Virus record (IMG/VR): IMGVR_UViG_3300045911_000047
Span: 1-53,671 of that record
Strand: one strand, 5' to 3'
Length of the DNA: 53,671 nt
DNA from: a virus
Taxonomy: Duplodnaviria > Caudoviricetes
The notes under the pieces are model-generated. The model was not told the origin of the DNA. It ran no database searches and was given only the letters and a program-made list of their open reading frames with translations. Positions 8,961-17,231 of this stretch are shown piece by piece (the stretch's first letter is position 1; each line of letters starts with the position of its first letter). A program made the translations under genes and the position numbers.

Positions 8961-9545
8961 ATGGAAGAATATTATAAAGATAAATACGGAAACATTCATG
9001 GGCCTGAAGTAATAACACCTATTCTTAGGTGCATGTACGTAAACTTGGCTAAGCCATCTGAGTACATTAAGGATAAACCTCAATGGGGATGCCTGCTTGT
9101 TTGGGACAAAACGGAGAGTCCAGATTGGGCACCTATTATAGGGGTTGCTAAGTCTGTGATTGAGCAACATCCAAAGAAAAAGAATTTCCAAGCTGATAGT
9201 TTTATAAAGGATGGAGATGAGCGGATCGATGATGAAGGTCGTGTTAAAAAAGATTTTGCTGGGCGTTATTATGTATCTCTTAGTAGCAGCAAGCCTATTG
9301 TGGTTCTTGACCGAAGCCGTAACCTTATGGATCCGGCTTCAATCTTAGGGGGGATGCTGATTCGTGCTCGTGCTCGTGTGATTGCCTCAACCCCAAGTGG
9401 CTCATTCAAGGTGTCCCTCAAACCTACTGCAATACAGCTTGTACAGGATGATGGGGTTCGTTACGGTGGATCTGCAATAGACAGGATGTTTGATGATCTG
9501 CCTATGGAAGGATTAGCGGAGGATGATCTTTTCAAGAATCTCTGA
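8961..9545 (+). CDS. single-stranded DNA-binding protein (DUF2815 / T7 gp2.5-like)
   Basis: ITP..R..Y, IKDGD, IQL..D.G..GG and an acidic C-terminal tail; sits between the nuclease and PolA. Confidence 0.82.
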   Translation: MEEYYKDKYGNIHGPEVITPILRCMYVNLAKPSEYIKDKPQWGCLLVWDKTESPDWAPIIGVAKSVIEQHPKKKNFQADSFIKDGDERIDDEGRVKKDFAGRYYVSLSSSKPIVVLDRSRNLMDPASILGGMLIRARARVIASTPSGSFKVSLKPTAIQLVQDDGVRYGGSAIDRMFDDLPMEGLAEDDLFKNL

Positions 9546-11250
9546 TCCTATTCCTGTAAGGGCGGTGTACATCGAGGATGTTACCGCCCTTTCTAGGGTT
9601 CTAGAAGCTTTTAAAGGGCAAGAAACCCTTGGTCTTGATACTGAGACCACGGGGCTTGACCCTTATACAGCTAAGTTGTGCCTAATCCAGATTGGAACAA
9701 AGCATAATAGTGCTGTTATTAGGTTTAAAAAAGAGATGGTTCCTGTGCTTCAGGAGTTCTTTAATAGTGAGCGACTGTTTGTAGCTCACAATGCTGTCTT
9801 TGATTATAAGTTCCTTGAAGCTAATGGCATCTTGATCAACAACATTTGCTGCACCCTGATTGCCTATAGATTCTATCAACATGAAAGAGGATTAGAAGGA
9901 AGTGGCTCCTTAAAGAGTCTAATGAGCAAGTTCTTTGGTCGAGATGTTATCAAGGGAGTTCAAGTATCTGATTGGGAGGGTGCCCTAACGCAGGAACAAT
10001 TTGAGTACGCAGCTCTTGATCCATGTTTTTCAATACTTTTATGGGAGAAATTAAAGCCTTTCGTACCAAAGACTCCATTTAAGCTTTCCTGTGAACTAAT
10101 AAAAGCAGTCTCTCGTATGGAATTAAACGGGATTGGGTTTGATGCTGTAGCACATAGAGAAGCTTACCGAGAATGGAGCTTAAAGGTATATGAAAAAAGA
10201 ACAGAGCTTGAGAAGATCCTTGGGGACAAGGTGACAAATGCGCGTATTGCAAATTACCTTGAGGCGAGCTTGCCTAAGGATGTCCTAGAGAATTGGCCTA
10301 GAACAAAGACTGGGATCCTAAAGACGGATTCGGATGTATTCTCTATGTTCCCTGATATTCCTGTGATTCGATTGCTTCAAGAGTTCTCTCATTATCTAAA
10401 GTTATGCTCCACCTATGGGGAGCGTTTTACTAGGTTCATAAATCCCGTTACCAAAAGAATCCATCCTAATTTCCTTATTCAGGGGACTAGAACAGGGCGT
10501 ATGAGTAGTCAGAATCCAAATGGGCAGAATATGCCGCGTTCTAAGGATTTCCGAAGGTTCTTTATCCCTGCTCCCGGGGCTTATCTTATAATTGCTGATT
10601 ATTCCCAGATTGAGGTTCGAGTGGCTGCAGAGATCTCAAAGGATCCTGAGATGCTAAAGGTGTATAGGGAAGGGCTTGATATCTATCTATACACTGCAAG
10701 TAAGGTTTTAAGGAAACCTATGGAGTCAGTGACCAAACAAGAGCGGCAGATCAATAAGCAATTAGTTCTTGGTCTTCTTTATGGTCTAGGAGCTAATGGC
10801 TTTATCCATTATCTACGCAAAGGGACTGGTGTTGTTATATCGCTTTCTGAGGCTCAAGCCTTGGTCTCAGGCTTTAGGAATACCTATCGTACCTATTATG
10901 AATGGCAATGTGCCCAAGCTAAGCAAGGGGAAGCCACCCTTGTTGCTAGAACAATCTTAGGGAAAATTAGAAAGCTTGAAGAAGATAATACCTATGGAAC
11001 CTCTATGAATGTGCCTATCCAAGGGACTGCATCTGAGATTCTAAGCTATGCGTTAATAAACTGTTTACAAATCCCTGATGTTAAGTTATGTTTAACAGTG
11101 CATGATGAGATTCTCCTAGAGTCCACTCGTGATTGTAGGGCGGAGCTAGAGGAGGCCATGCGTAGTGCGTATCTAAAGGTATTTCCACAAGGTATTACAC
11201 ATGGTTTGGTAGAAGCACAATTATGTAAGAATTGGAGTGAGAAAGCATGA
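9523..11250 (+). CDS. polA: family A DNA polymerase with 3'-5' exonuclease
   Basis: LDTETTGL, HNAVFD, YAALD, TGRMSS..PN.QN, ADYSQIE, R..NK..VLG..YG, N.PIQGT, TVHDE. Confidence 0.95.
   Translation: MIFSRISDPIPVRAVYIEDVTALSRVLEAFKGQETLGLDTETTGLDPYTAKLCLIQIGTKHNSAVIRFKKEMVPVLQEFFNSERLFVAHNAVFDYKFLEANGILINNICCTLIAYRFYQHERGLEGSGSLKSLMSKFFGRDVIKGVQVSDWEGALTQEQFEYAALDPCFSILLWEKLKPFVPKTPFKLSCELIKAVSRMELNGIGFDAVAHREAYREWSLKVYEKRTELEKILGDKVTNARIANYLEASLPKDVLENWPRTKTGILKTDSDVFSMFPDIPVIRLLQEFSHYLKLCSTYGERFTRFINPVTKRIHPNFLIQGTRTGRMSSQNPNGQNMPRSKDFRRFFIPAPGAYLIIADYSQIEVRVAAEISKDPEMLKVYREGLDIYLYTASKVLRKPMESVTKQERQINKQLVLGLLYGLGANGFIHYLRKGTGVVISLSEAQALVSGFRNTYRTYYEWQCAQAKQGEATLVARTILGKIRKLEEDNTYGTSMNVPIQGTASEILSYALINCLQIPDVKLCLTVHDEILLESTRDCRAELEEAMRSAYLKVFPQGITHGLVEAQLCKNWSEKA
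9558..9591 (+). promoter_or_regulatory. strong stem-loop at the SSB/polA junction
   Basis: AAGGGCGGT...ACATC-GAG-GATGT...ACCGCCCTT; it encloses an in-frame GTG at 9565. Confidence 0.55.
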
Positions 11251-11483
11251 ATCAATTAAAAGAAATATTACTAGATCGCTACGAAACAATTCAAAGAGCA
11301 TCTGAGGAGCTAGGTGTAACAAGGCAATTACTTTATAAATGGATTCGTAATGGAGTGTGCCTAAATAAGTGTGCAAAGGTTGGAAAGAAACTAAAGGTGC
11401 ATCCAGCAAAATTAAATTACCCTAAGATTAAAGAAATTGTTCCTGAATTGGAGGATTATGACGATCTGGTTGACCCCGACTGA
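11247..11483 (+). CDS. Cro/XRE-like helix-turn-helix protein
   Basis: TIQRASEELGVTRQLLYKWIR. Confidence 0.75.
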   Translation: MNQLKEILLDRYETIQRASEELGVTRQLLYKWIRNGVCLNKCAKVGKKLKVHPAKLNYPKIKEIVPELEDYDDLVDPD

Positions 11484-11676
11484 AGTATCAAAAAAAATGC
11501 GAGAGTGTCTCGAAGACGAAGAATGGAAGAAACAGGCTCTAGAGTATGTAATGTTTGCTTCTCAATTGTTCCCAGAAGACACTTTTAAGAAAGATGAGAA
11601 TATAGAGCTATTCCTATCTGGAATATTATTCTTGTACGCATTATCGCAGTTTGAAGATTCTAAGGAGATTAATTAA
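11458..11676 (+). CDS. hypothetical protein
   Basis: GGAGG RBS before ATG 11458; TAATG coupling to the next gene. Confidence 0.65.
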   Translation: MTIWLTPTEVSKKMRECLEDEEWKKQALEYVMFASQLFPEDTFKKDENIELFLSGILFLYALSQFEDSKEIN

Positions 11677-12662
11677 TGAAATTTGCAATTGATTACCTAG
11701 GTGGCGCCCGCTATGGAGATATAATCCTAAAAGCTCACCCAAAGGATTTTGGAGCAGGGTTTTTTTCTTTTGTAGATGGTTTTGGGTCTTCCTTGCCTGT
11801 TGCAAGAAAACTTGCATCTACCAATCGCTGTCCCTTCATTCGCTTTCATCTTTGGTGGCGTGATAATCATAACTTTAACGGCTATGAAGATGAGATCATA
11901 AACCAAGCCGAAGACGTAAGAAAGTTAGTTAAAGATTTCCCTAAGATTCAATTTGAAGTTTCCCCAGCTTGTGAGCATCTTTGGCGGAAGGAGAAAGCAG
12001 ACTTAGTTTGTGCTAATGTAGAGAAAATATTTAAAGGGCTTTCTAATGTAGAAGTAATCAATACCCCATATCTTGGCGGCGGTGGACAATTATCAAGCAA
12101 ATATAAAAACGAAGTACATAGAGCTGATAATCAAGTCCCTCGTCAAGGGCGCTTCAATTTCTCTTATGATGGGAGATCCGCTGTGGACTCTCCTGTCTCT
12201 AAAGACAAAAGAAGATGGCAGAAGGCTGAGTGGTTTTTCTTCTGGACATATCAGCTAAATCTAAAGCGAAATGAGAAAGATCGTACCCCAAGAAAAGATA
12301 GAAAAGCTAAGCCTACTAAAGAGCTTATTGAGTCTTTAGCTTACCTAGCTACAGAGAAAGGAAGAACTTTTATAGAAAAAGGATGGTTATTAAAAAGTCA
12401 TGCTGAGCAAATAGGGGATACTCCTACTGCTCGAGAAAATAAAGTATTAGTGCTTGCTCCAATTAAAGCTAGTAAATGTGAGCTTATTACTGAAGATGGC
12501 AAAGTTGTAGCAAGGGCTCCTTATTACGGGTCATTTGAAAAACTACATAGATACTACTTTGAAGTATGGGGCTATAAGCTTCCTAAAAGAGTTAGAGTAG
12601 TAATCAATGGGAAAAGTTATGGGATTGTAAATCCGGGGTTTCGAGAAGGATATTTTAGGTGA
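11676..12662 (+). CDS. hypothetical protein (328 aa)
   Basis: Long coupled ORF with AAGGAG RBS; no family recognised. Confidence 0.8.
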   Translation: MKFAIDYLGGARYGDIILKAHPKDFGAGFFSFVDGFGSSLPVARKLASTNRCPFIRFHLWWRDNHNFNGYEDEIINQAEDVRKLVKDFPKIQFEVSPACEHLWRKEKADLVCANVEKIFKGLSNVEVINTPYLGGGGQLSSKYKNEVHRADNQVPRQGRFNFSYDGRSAVDSPVSKDKRRWQKAEWFFFWTYQLNLKRNEKDRTPRKDRKAKPTKELIESLAYLATEKGRTFIEKGWLLKSHAEQIGDTPTARENKVLVLAPIKASKCELITEDGKVVARAPYYGSFEKLHRYYFEVWGYKLPKRVRVVINGKSYGIVNPGFREGYFR

Positions 12663-13606
12663 ATGGCTTGGATCTATTTTCGGGAATTGGAGGACTCACA
12701 CTTGCTCTTAAAGAATGGGTCACCCCAATCGCCTATTGCGAATCGGATGAGTACGCGCAAAAAGTTCTCCTTAAACAAATGGTTTCAGGAAACTTACCCG
12801 TTGCCCCAATCTGGGATGACGTTAGAACGCTCAGAGAGCTACCCTGCCCAATTGACATCATCTATGGAGGATTTCCATGTCAGGATATCTCGGTTGCAGG
12901 CAAGCGTCTCGGCTTGGAAGGAGAGCGAAGCGGATTATTTTTCGAGGTCGTGCGGTTGGTCAAAGCGTTCAAGCCCACGTTCCTATTCCTTGAAAATGTC
13001 CCAAACATCAGAACAAAAGGATTGGATAGAGTTCTCCAAGAACTTACCTCCGCAGGGTATGATTGTAGATGGTGTATGCTATCCGCTAAGGAAATTGGAG
13101 CGAATCACAAAAGAAATAGATGGTGGCTTTTGGGCTACTCCAAATACTATGGATTGGATGCCCTTAAGGAGCATGGAAGCCTTAAAGAGACAATTCAATA
13201 CTACAAGGAAGGGGAGAACGAAACCTTCAAATCTCAGAGAACAAGTACACCCCCAGTGTTGGCCCAAGAACCTAATGCTTCCAACGCCAGATGCAAGTCC
13301 AAGAGGGCCAACAAAATACTACGACCCAAAACACAAAAGCTACATATACAGGACATTGCAGAGCTTTGTTCGGATGTATCCAACCCCTTGTGCAAGAGAT
13401 TGGAAGGACAATGGTCAGAGCAAGGCAGAATTACAGAGGAACACAAAGACTTTATGCACCCATGCTGGTGGACTGTTGAACCCGACGTGGGTCGAGTGGC
13501 TAATGGGGTACCCTCTAGGGTGGACAGAATAAGAGCATTAGGAAATGCAGTGGTACCATTGCAGGCGAGGACAGCTTTCATGGAACTAATGGGAATAAAA
13601 GGATGA
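12659..13606 (+). CDS. DNA cytosine-5 methyltransferase, alpha polypeptide (motifs I-VIII and X)
   Basis: DLFSGIGG, GGFPCQD.S.AG, ENV, HKRNRW and ALGNAVVP; no motif IX in this frame. Confidence 0.92.
   Translation: MNGLDLFSGIGGLTLALKEWVTPIAYCESDEYAQKVLLKQMVSGNLPVAPIWDDVRTLRELPCPIDIIYGGFPCQDISVAGKRLGLEGERSGLFFEVVRLVKAFKPTFLFLENVPNIRTKGLDRVLQELTSAGYDCRWCMLSAKEIGANHKRNRWWLLGYSKYYGLDALKEHGSLKETIQYYKEGENETFKSQRTSTPPVLAQEPNASNARCKSKRANKILRPKTQKLHIQDIAELCSDVSNPLCKRLEGQWSEQGRITEEHKDFMHPCWWTVEPDVGRVANGVPSRVDRIRALGNAVVPLQARTAFMELMGIKG
12663..13532 (+). CDS. nested +1-frame ORF: C5 methyltransferase beta polypeptide (TRD-like repeats plus motif IX)
   Basis: 870 nt stop-free inside the alpha gene; repeated (W/L/Y)xTP elements; ends LNPTWVEWLMGYPLGWT. 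Confidence 0.75.
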   Translation: MAWIYFRELEDSHLLLKNGSPQSPIANRMSTRKKFSLNKWFQETYPLPQSGMTLERSESYPAQLTSSMEDFHVRISRLQASVSAWKESEADYFSRSCGWSKRSSPRSYSLKMSQTSEQKDWIEFSKNLPPQGMIVDGVCYPLRKLERITKEIDGGFWATPNTMDWMPLRSMEALKRQFNTTRKGRTKPSNLREQVHPQCWPKNLMLPTPDASPRGPTKYYDPKHKSYIYRTLQSFVRMYPTPCARDWKDNGQSKAELQRNTKTLCTHAGGLLNPTWVEWLMGYPLGWTE

Positions 13607-14025
13607 AAAAGAATCTAAAAAGAATCGCTAAAGAGCTCTTTCATTCTCAAGATATAGGCGGGCATAAAGGTCTTTTAGGAAGTCTCGCTCAACTTAGAGG
13701 AGATTGCACAAATATTATAGGGGAAGCTTCAAGAATTTATGGAGATGTTTCAAATCTAAGAGGGGATGTTTCGAATCTCGTAGGAGATGTCTCAGGGATT
13801 TCTGGGGGTATATTCATAAGAGGTTATGTCTCAGGACTTCGAGGAGAAGTCTCTAGACTTCGAGGTTCTGTTTCTTGGCTTACTGGTGATGTCTCAGGGC
13901 TTTCTGGAGAAGCTACAGGCGTTATTGGAGATGCTTCTGGGGTCATTGGAAACCTAGATGACTGTGAGCTTACTAAGGAAGAGAGAGCTAAAGGGGTTCT
14001 ACTAGAAGATTTAATAGGAGATTAA
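13603..14025 (+). CDS. heptapeptide-repeat (xGDVSxL) protein
   Basis: About 11 tandem G-[DE]-[VA]-S-x-[LIV] units. Confidence 0.75.
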   Translation: MKKNLKRIAKELFHSQDIGGHKGLLGSLAQLRGDCTNIIGEASRIYGDVSNLRGDVSNLVGDVSGISGGIFIRGYVSGLRGEVSRLRGSVSWLTGDVSGLSGEATGVIGDASGVIGNLDDCELTKEERAKGVLLEDLIGD

Positions 14026-14026
14026 A

Positions 14027-14128
14027 ATGCAACAGATTATTTATTTAAGATATGCTCCTTCTGGGTGTGCTGTTCCTTTCTGCTACCCGTTCTACTGCCC
14101 ATTTTGCTATCGATTCTATAGAAGCTAG
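14027..14128 (+). CDS. 33-aa Cys/aromatic-rich peptide MQQIIYLRYAPSGCAVPFCYPFYCPFCYRFYRS
   Basis: AGGAG RBS at 14016-14020; read by hand. Confidence 0.5.
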   Translation: MQQIIYLRYAPSGCAVPFCYPFYCPFCYRFYRS

Positions 14129-14143
14129 GGCTAATTAGAAGAT

Positions 14144-15145
14144 TTAATAAGGTGAATGTTTCTTTGCACGTATTAAGATACGGGTATATTTTTCAACACC
14201 ATTTATGAGTGGTCTTCCATGTGGAGTACCCTTATATCTTATACCTATATTTTCTTCGCCTGTATTCATAATTCCAAGTAACTCAAACTGTTCGGGATTG
14301 TATTTATTGATGAAGGTGATAGGTACGCCCATAACGCCATCATAATCTATTGGAATATCTGTGGTCTTAGAGACTTCTATTGCATCATAATTATCATATC
14401 TTGGGTACTTTTCAGGGATATATTTTTTATGAAGTATTAAATAATTCTGATAGCGTGTTTTGTAATCTAGGTTCGTAAACCATCTTACACCATTAACCGA
14501 AACATACTTATTGCCTTCATTATCAGTTCGATAGTTACTAGTCTTTAGTTGATAATCATTTGATATTCTAAATTCTAAAGTGCCGCTACGAATACTTGCA
14601 CCAAGCCACATTTTGTTTTCTTTAATATATTTGAAAACTTCTTTACATATTATTGCGTTTTGATTCCCTAAGATTAAAAACTTTTTCTCATATCTCATTA
14701 GTTGAGCAACATATTCCCTAAATAACGAGAATGGAGGATTAGTTACTACAATATCAGCTTGTTTTAATAACTCTATGCACTCTTCACTTCTAAAATCTCC
14801 ATCACCGTGAAGAAAGGTAGAAACGTTTTTATTATGTCTTAATAGCTCTATAACATCATCTTTAATAGGTTCTAATACTTCATTTATTTCAACCCTCTTT
14901 GGGGTTGAATGATAGTTTGTAACTATAAGTTTCTTTAGTCCTAGTTTGTTAAAATTTAAAGTGAAGTACTTAAAGAAATTACTCTCATACGGATCATCGC
15001 AGTTACAATAAACTATTTTGTCATAAAACTGGTCTTCATAGTGTGCTAACTCTTTCTCAATATCACTTAATTGAGTATAAAACTCATCTTTCTTGGCTTT
15101 CCTTGCATTGACTAATTTTCTATTTGATAGTTTTGTCATAGCCAT
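14144..15145 (-). CDS. N6-adenine DNA methyltransferase, EcoRI-methylase family (orphan)
   Basis: KKDEFYT, VYCNCDDP..SNF, GDFRS.EC, VVTNPPFSLFREY, MGVPITF. Confidence 0.92.
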   Translation of the reverse strand: MAMTKLSNRKLVNARKAKKDEFYTQLSDIEKELAHYEDQFYDKIVYCNCDDPYESNFFKYFTLNFNKLGLKKLIVTNYHSTPKRVEINEVLEPIKDDVIELLRHNKNVSTFLHGDGDFRSEECIELLKQADIVVTNPPFSLFREYVAQLMRYEKKFLILGNQNAIICKEVFKYIKENKMWLGASIRSGTLEFRISNDYQLKTSNYRTDNEGNKYVSVNGVRWFTNLDYKTRYQNYLILHKKYIPEKYPRYDNYDAIEVSKTTDIPIDYDGVMGVPITFINKYNPEQFELLGIMNTGEENIGIRYKGTPHGRPLINGVEKYTRILIRAKKHSPY

Positions 15146-15248
15146 TTTTATATTAAATTATCTTATAAACGGAGATAGCTAAATGCCAGTAGACAATATT
15201 GATGAAGAAAGAGCTAAAGGGGTTCTCCTAGAAGATTTAATAAGATGA
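15146..15248. repeat. chimeric inter-cassette junction made of duplicated flanks
   Basis: 15146-15169 matches 16350-16373 (23/24); about 15180-15206 matches the start of gene 16373; about 15204-15242 matches the end of gene 13603. Confidence 0.85.
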
Positions 15249-16343
15249 TTTCTTAAGAAGCCAAAGCAATTCTTTAACTTTTATATCTCTATTGCGTAAG
15301 TTTCTTGAACCACGATAGGTATTATAATCCTGCTCCATTAGTTCCCATGTTCCGTATTTGGAAAGGATTTTCTTAAATACCTCAATCGGTATAATACCTT
15401 CATCATTGTAAGATATAACTATAAACCTTGCTTGTGTGTCAGCTAAAAGCTGATCCATGGCTTCCTGAGCTTCCTTTCGTTTGTTGTACGCAGATCTATT
15501 CCATTCTTTTGCTATCCCACTTATGCCATCTTGTATCTCTACAGGCTTACCGCTGTTGATAATATTGAGCATAAAGTAATTAGATCCATATGGGTGCTGA
15601 TTATAGGGCGGATCGTAATAGGCTAGATCGAATACAGGTAATTTTGGATCTTTTACTAATTGGTTTATATCTTGTTTATAGATATAAACTGGACATTCGA
15701 AATCAGACAATTCTGGCATCTCAAGCTCAATTTCTTTTTTAATTCGCTCCAAAGCATTTTCGCCACGCCCACCAAAATGTCCAACACCATTTCGTTTGTG
15801 AAATCCCTTGAAGACTCCAGATGTATTAGTGTGAATTGATGCTTTTACTAAGAGTGAAGCAAGGCAAAAATGTCTGTACTCTTTCGGCACTTTTTCAATC
15901 AATCTACGAAGATTATCTATAATTTTTGCGTTAATGTTCGTATAAAAAACTCTTTCTCCCGGCTGAACATTATTATCGTCTTTTGGAGCATAATTTGTCT
16001 CGATAAACCCCGGGGCGTCTGTTCCTTTTAGTTTGTTCTTATTAAGCCAGTCTATGTATTTCTTTAATTGCTCTAGGTTCACTTCAGATTTATTTGCAAG
16101 ATAAGCACGATTCAAGGTCTCTGCATAATCCTTTAGGTCGTTTACATGAAGCTCTTTAGCAAATATCTTTAGAAGCCTAGAAACCGCACCGCTTCCTGCA
16201 AAGCCGTCAAACACAATTAGTTTTTCCTTATTAAGATTTTCCCTGACCCTAAGGAAACCTTTGTATAGAAAGGGAATTAGTTTCCGTTTATTTCCAATAT
16301 AGGTGATTAACTGTGAGGTTAGGTTAATATTATATTTTATCAT
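15237..16343 (-). CDS. N6-adenine DNA methyltransferase, D12/alpha class (orphan)
   Basis: YIGNKRKL, DGFAGSG.VS, YYDPPY, ISYNDEG. Confidence 0.92.
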   Translation of the reverse strand: MIKYNINLTSQLITYIGNKRKLIPFLYKGFLRVRENLNKEKLIVFDGFAGSGAVSRLLKIFAKELHVNDLKDYAETLNRAYLANKSEVNLEQLKKYIDWLNKNKLKGTDAPGFIETNYAPKDDNNVQPGERVFYTNINAKIIDNLRRLIEKVPKEYRHFCLASLLVKASIHTNTSGVFKGFHKRNGVGHFGGRGENALERIKKEIELEMPELSDFECPVYIYKQDINQLVKDPKLPVFDLAYYDPPYNQHPYGSNYFMLNIINSGKPVEIQDGISGIAKEWNRSAYNKRKEAQEAMDQLLADTQARFIVISYNDEGIIPIEVFKKILSKYGTWELMEQDYNTYRGSRNLRNRDIKVKELLWLLKKSSY

Positions 16344-16372
16344 TATTGTTTTTATACTAAATTATCTTATAA

Positions 16373-16630
16373 ATGCCAGTAGACAACATTGATGAATGTG
16401 GGATTTTCGGAATAGGGCGTTGTAAGAGATTCCGCACTGCCTGTAAATGGCACGATGATATGTACGTGATGAAGGAAGAAAAAGGAAATCCTCTATCTAG
16501 GGAAGAAGTAGATAAGAAATTCTATAATGCCATGCTAGCTGCTGCTGGGGATAGTCTTTATTATCAGCTTAAAGCAAAGGTTTATTATGGTATAGTGAGG
16601 GCAGTTGGCTGGTATTTTTGGAGATATTAA
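16373..16630 (+). CDS. DUF1353 / phospholipase A2-like fold protein
   Basis: ACKWHDDMY ... REEVDKKF...ML ... Y..VR.VG. Confidence 0.6.
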   Translation: MPVDNIDECGIFGIGRCKRFRTACKWHDDMYVMKEEKGNPLSREEVDKKFYNAMLAAAGDSLYYQLKAKVYYGIVRAVGWYFWRY

Positions 16631-16632
16631 TT

Positions 16633-16776
16633 ATGCCATTGACTAAGAAAGGACAGAAAATAAGAAAAGCCATGCGTAGGTTCTACGGCCAAAAGAAAGG
16701 CGATCAGGTCTTTTATGCTATGATCAACGAGGGGAAACTCACCAAGGTAGAACAAAAGAGTAAAAAGAAACGGTGA
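16633..16776 (+). CDS. small basic phage protein (MPLTKKGQKIRKAMRRFYGQKKGDQVFYA...)
   Basis: 47-aa ORF read by hand; GGAG upstream; GTGA overlap with the next gene. Confidence 0.7.
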   Translation: MPLTKKGQKIRKAMRRFYGQKKGDQVFYAMINEGKLTKVEQKSKKKR

Positions 16777-17231
16777 ATTATCTCGGTATTGACCCCGGGA
16801 AAGATGGGGCTATAGCAATATTATTACTCCCTAATAATCTTCAAGTATTTAGGTTCTCTAAGGATCTTCCTAGTTTCCTAGACCTATGGCGTACTGTGCA
16901 CCTAGACACCATAGTGTATCAAGAAGATGTGCATGCCATATACCGAGCCAAGGCAAGCTCTACCTTCTCCTTTGGCCGCTCTGTTGGTTTTTGGGATGGT
17001 CTTTTCTATGCCTTACCGCCTAAAGATAGATTCTTTGTAACTCCTACTGTATGGCAAAAATCGGTGCAGATTGCTCAAGCTAGAGTAAAAGGTAGATCTA
17101 GGAAGGAACATAGGCAAAGAATAAAGGCTGCCTCCATGAGGGTAGCGTCTTTGTATGCTGGATTTAAAGTCTCGCACGATGGGGTTGCAGATGCTATAAA
17201 TATATTACGATATGGGTTATTACAAGACTAA
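16773..17231 (+). CDS. RuvC-like Holliday junction resolvase
   Basis: YLGIDPG, QED, FSFG, PTVWQK, ADAINI. Confidence 0.85.
   Translation: MNYLGIDPGKDGAIAILLLPNNLQVFRFSKDLPSFLDLWRTVHLDTIVYQEDVHAIYRAKASSTFSFGRSVGFWDGLFYALPPKDRFFVTPTVWQKSVQIAQARVKGRSRKEHRQRIKAASMRVASLYAGFKVSHDGVADAINILRYGLLQD

Noticed and set aside
14003-16397. Classical integron, IS element or Xer/dif module
   Set aside because: No integrase or transposase, no attC GTTRRRY/RYYYAAC hairpins, and no convincing 11-6-11 dif layout. Kept only as an unexplained cassette-like structure.
14144-16630. Complete restriction-modification system
   Set aside because: No adjacent ORF with a recognisable restriction endonuclease size or motif.
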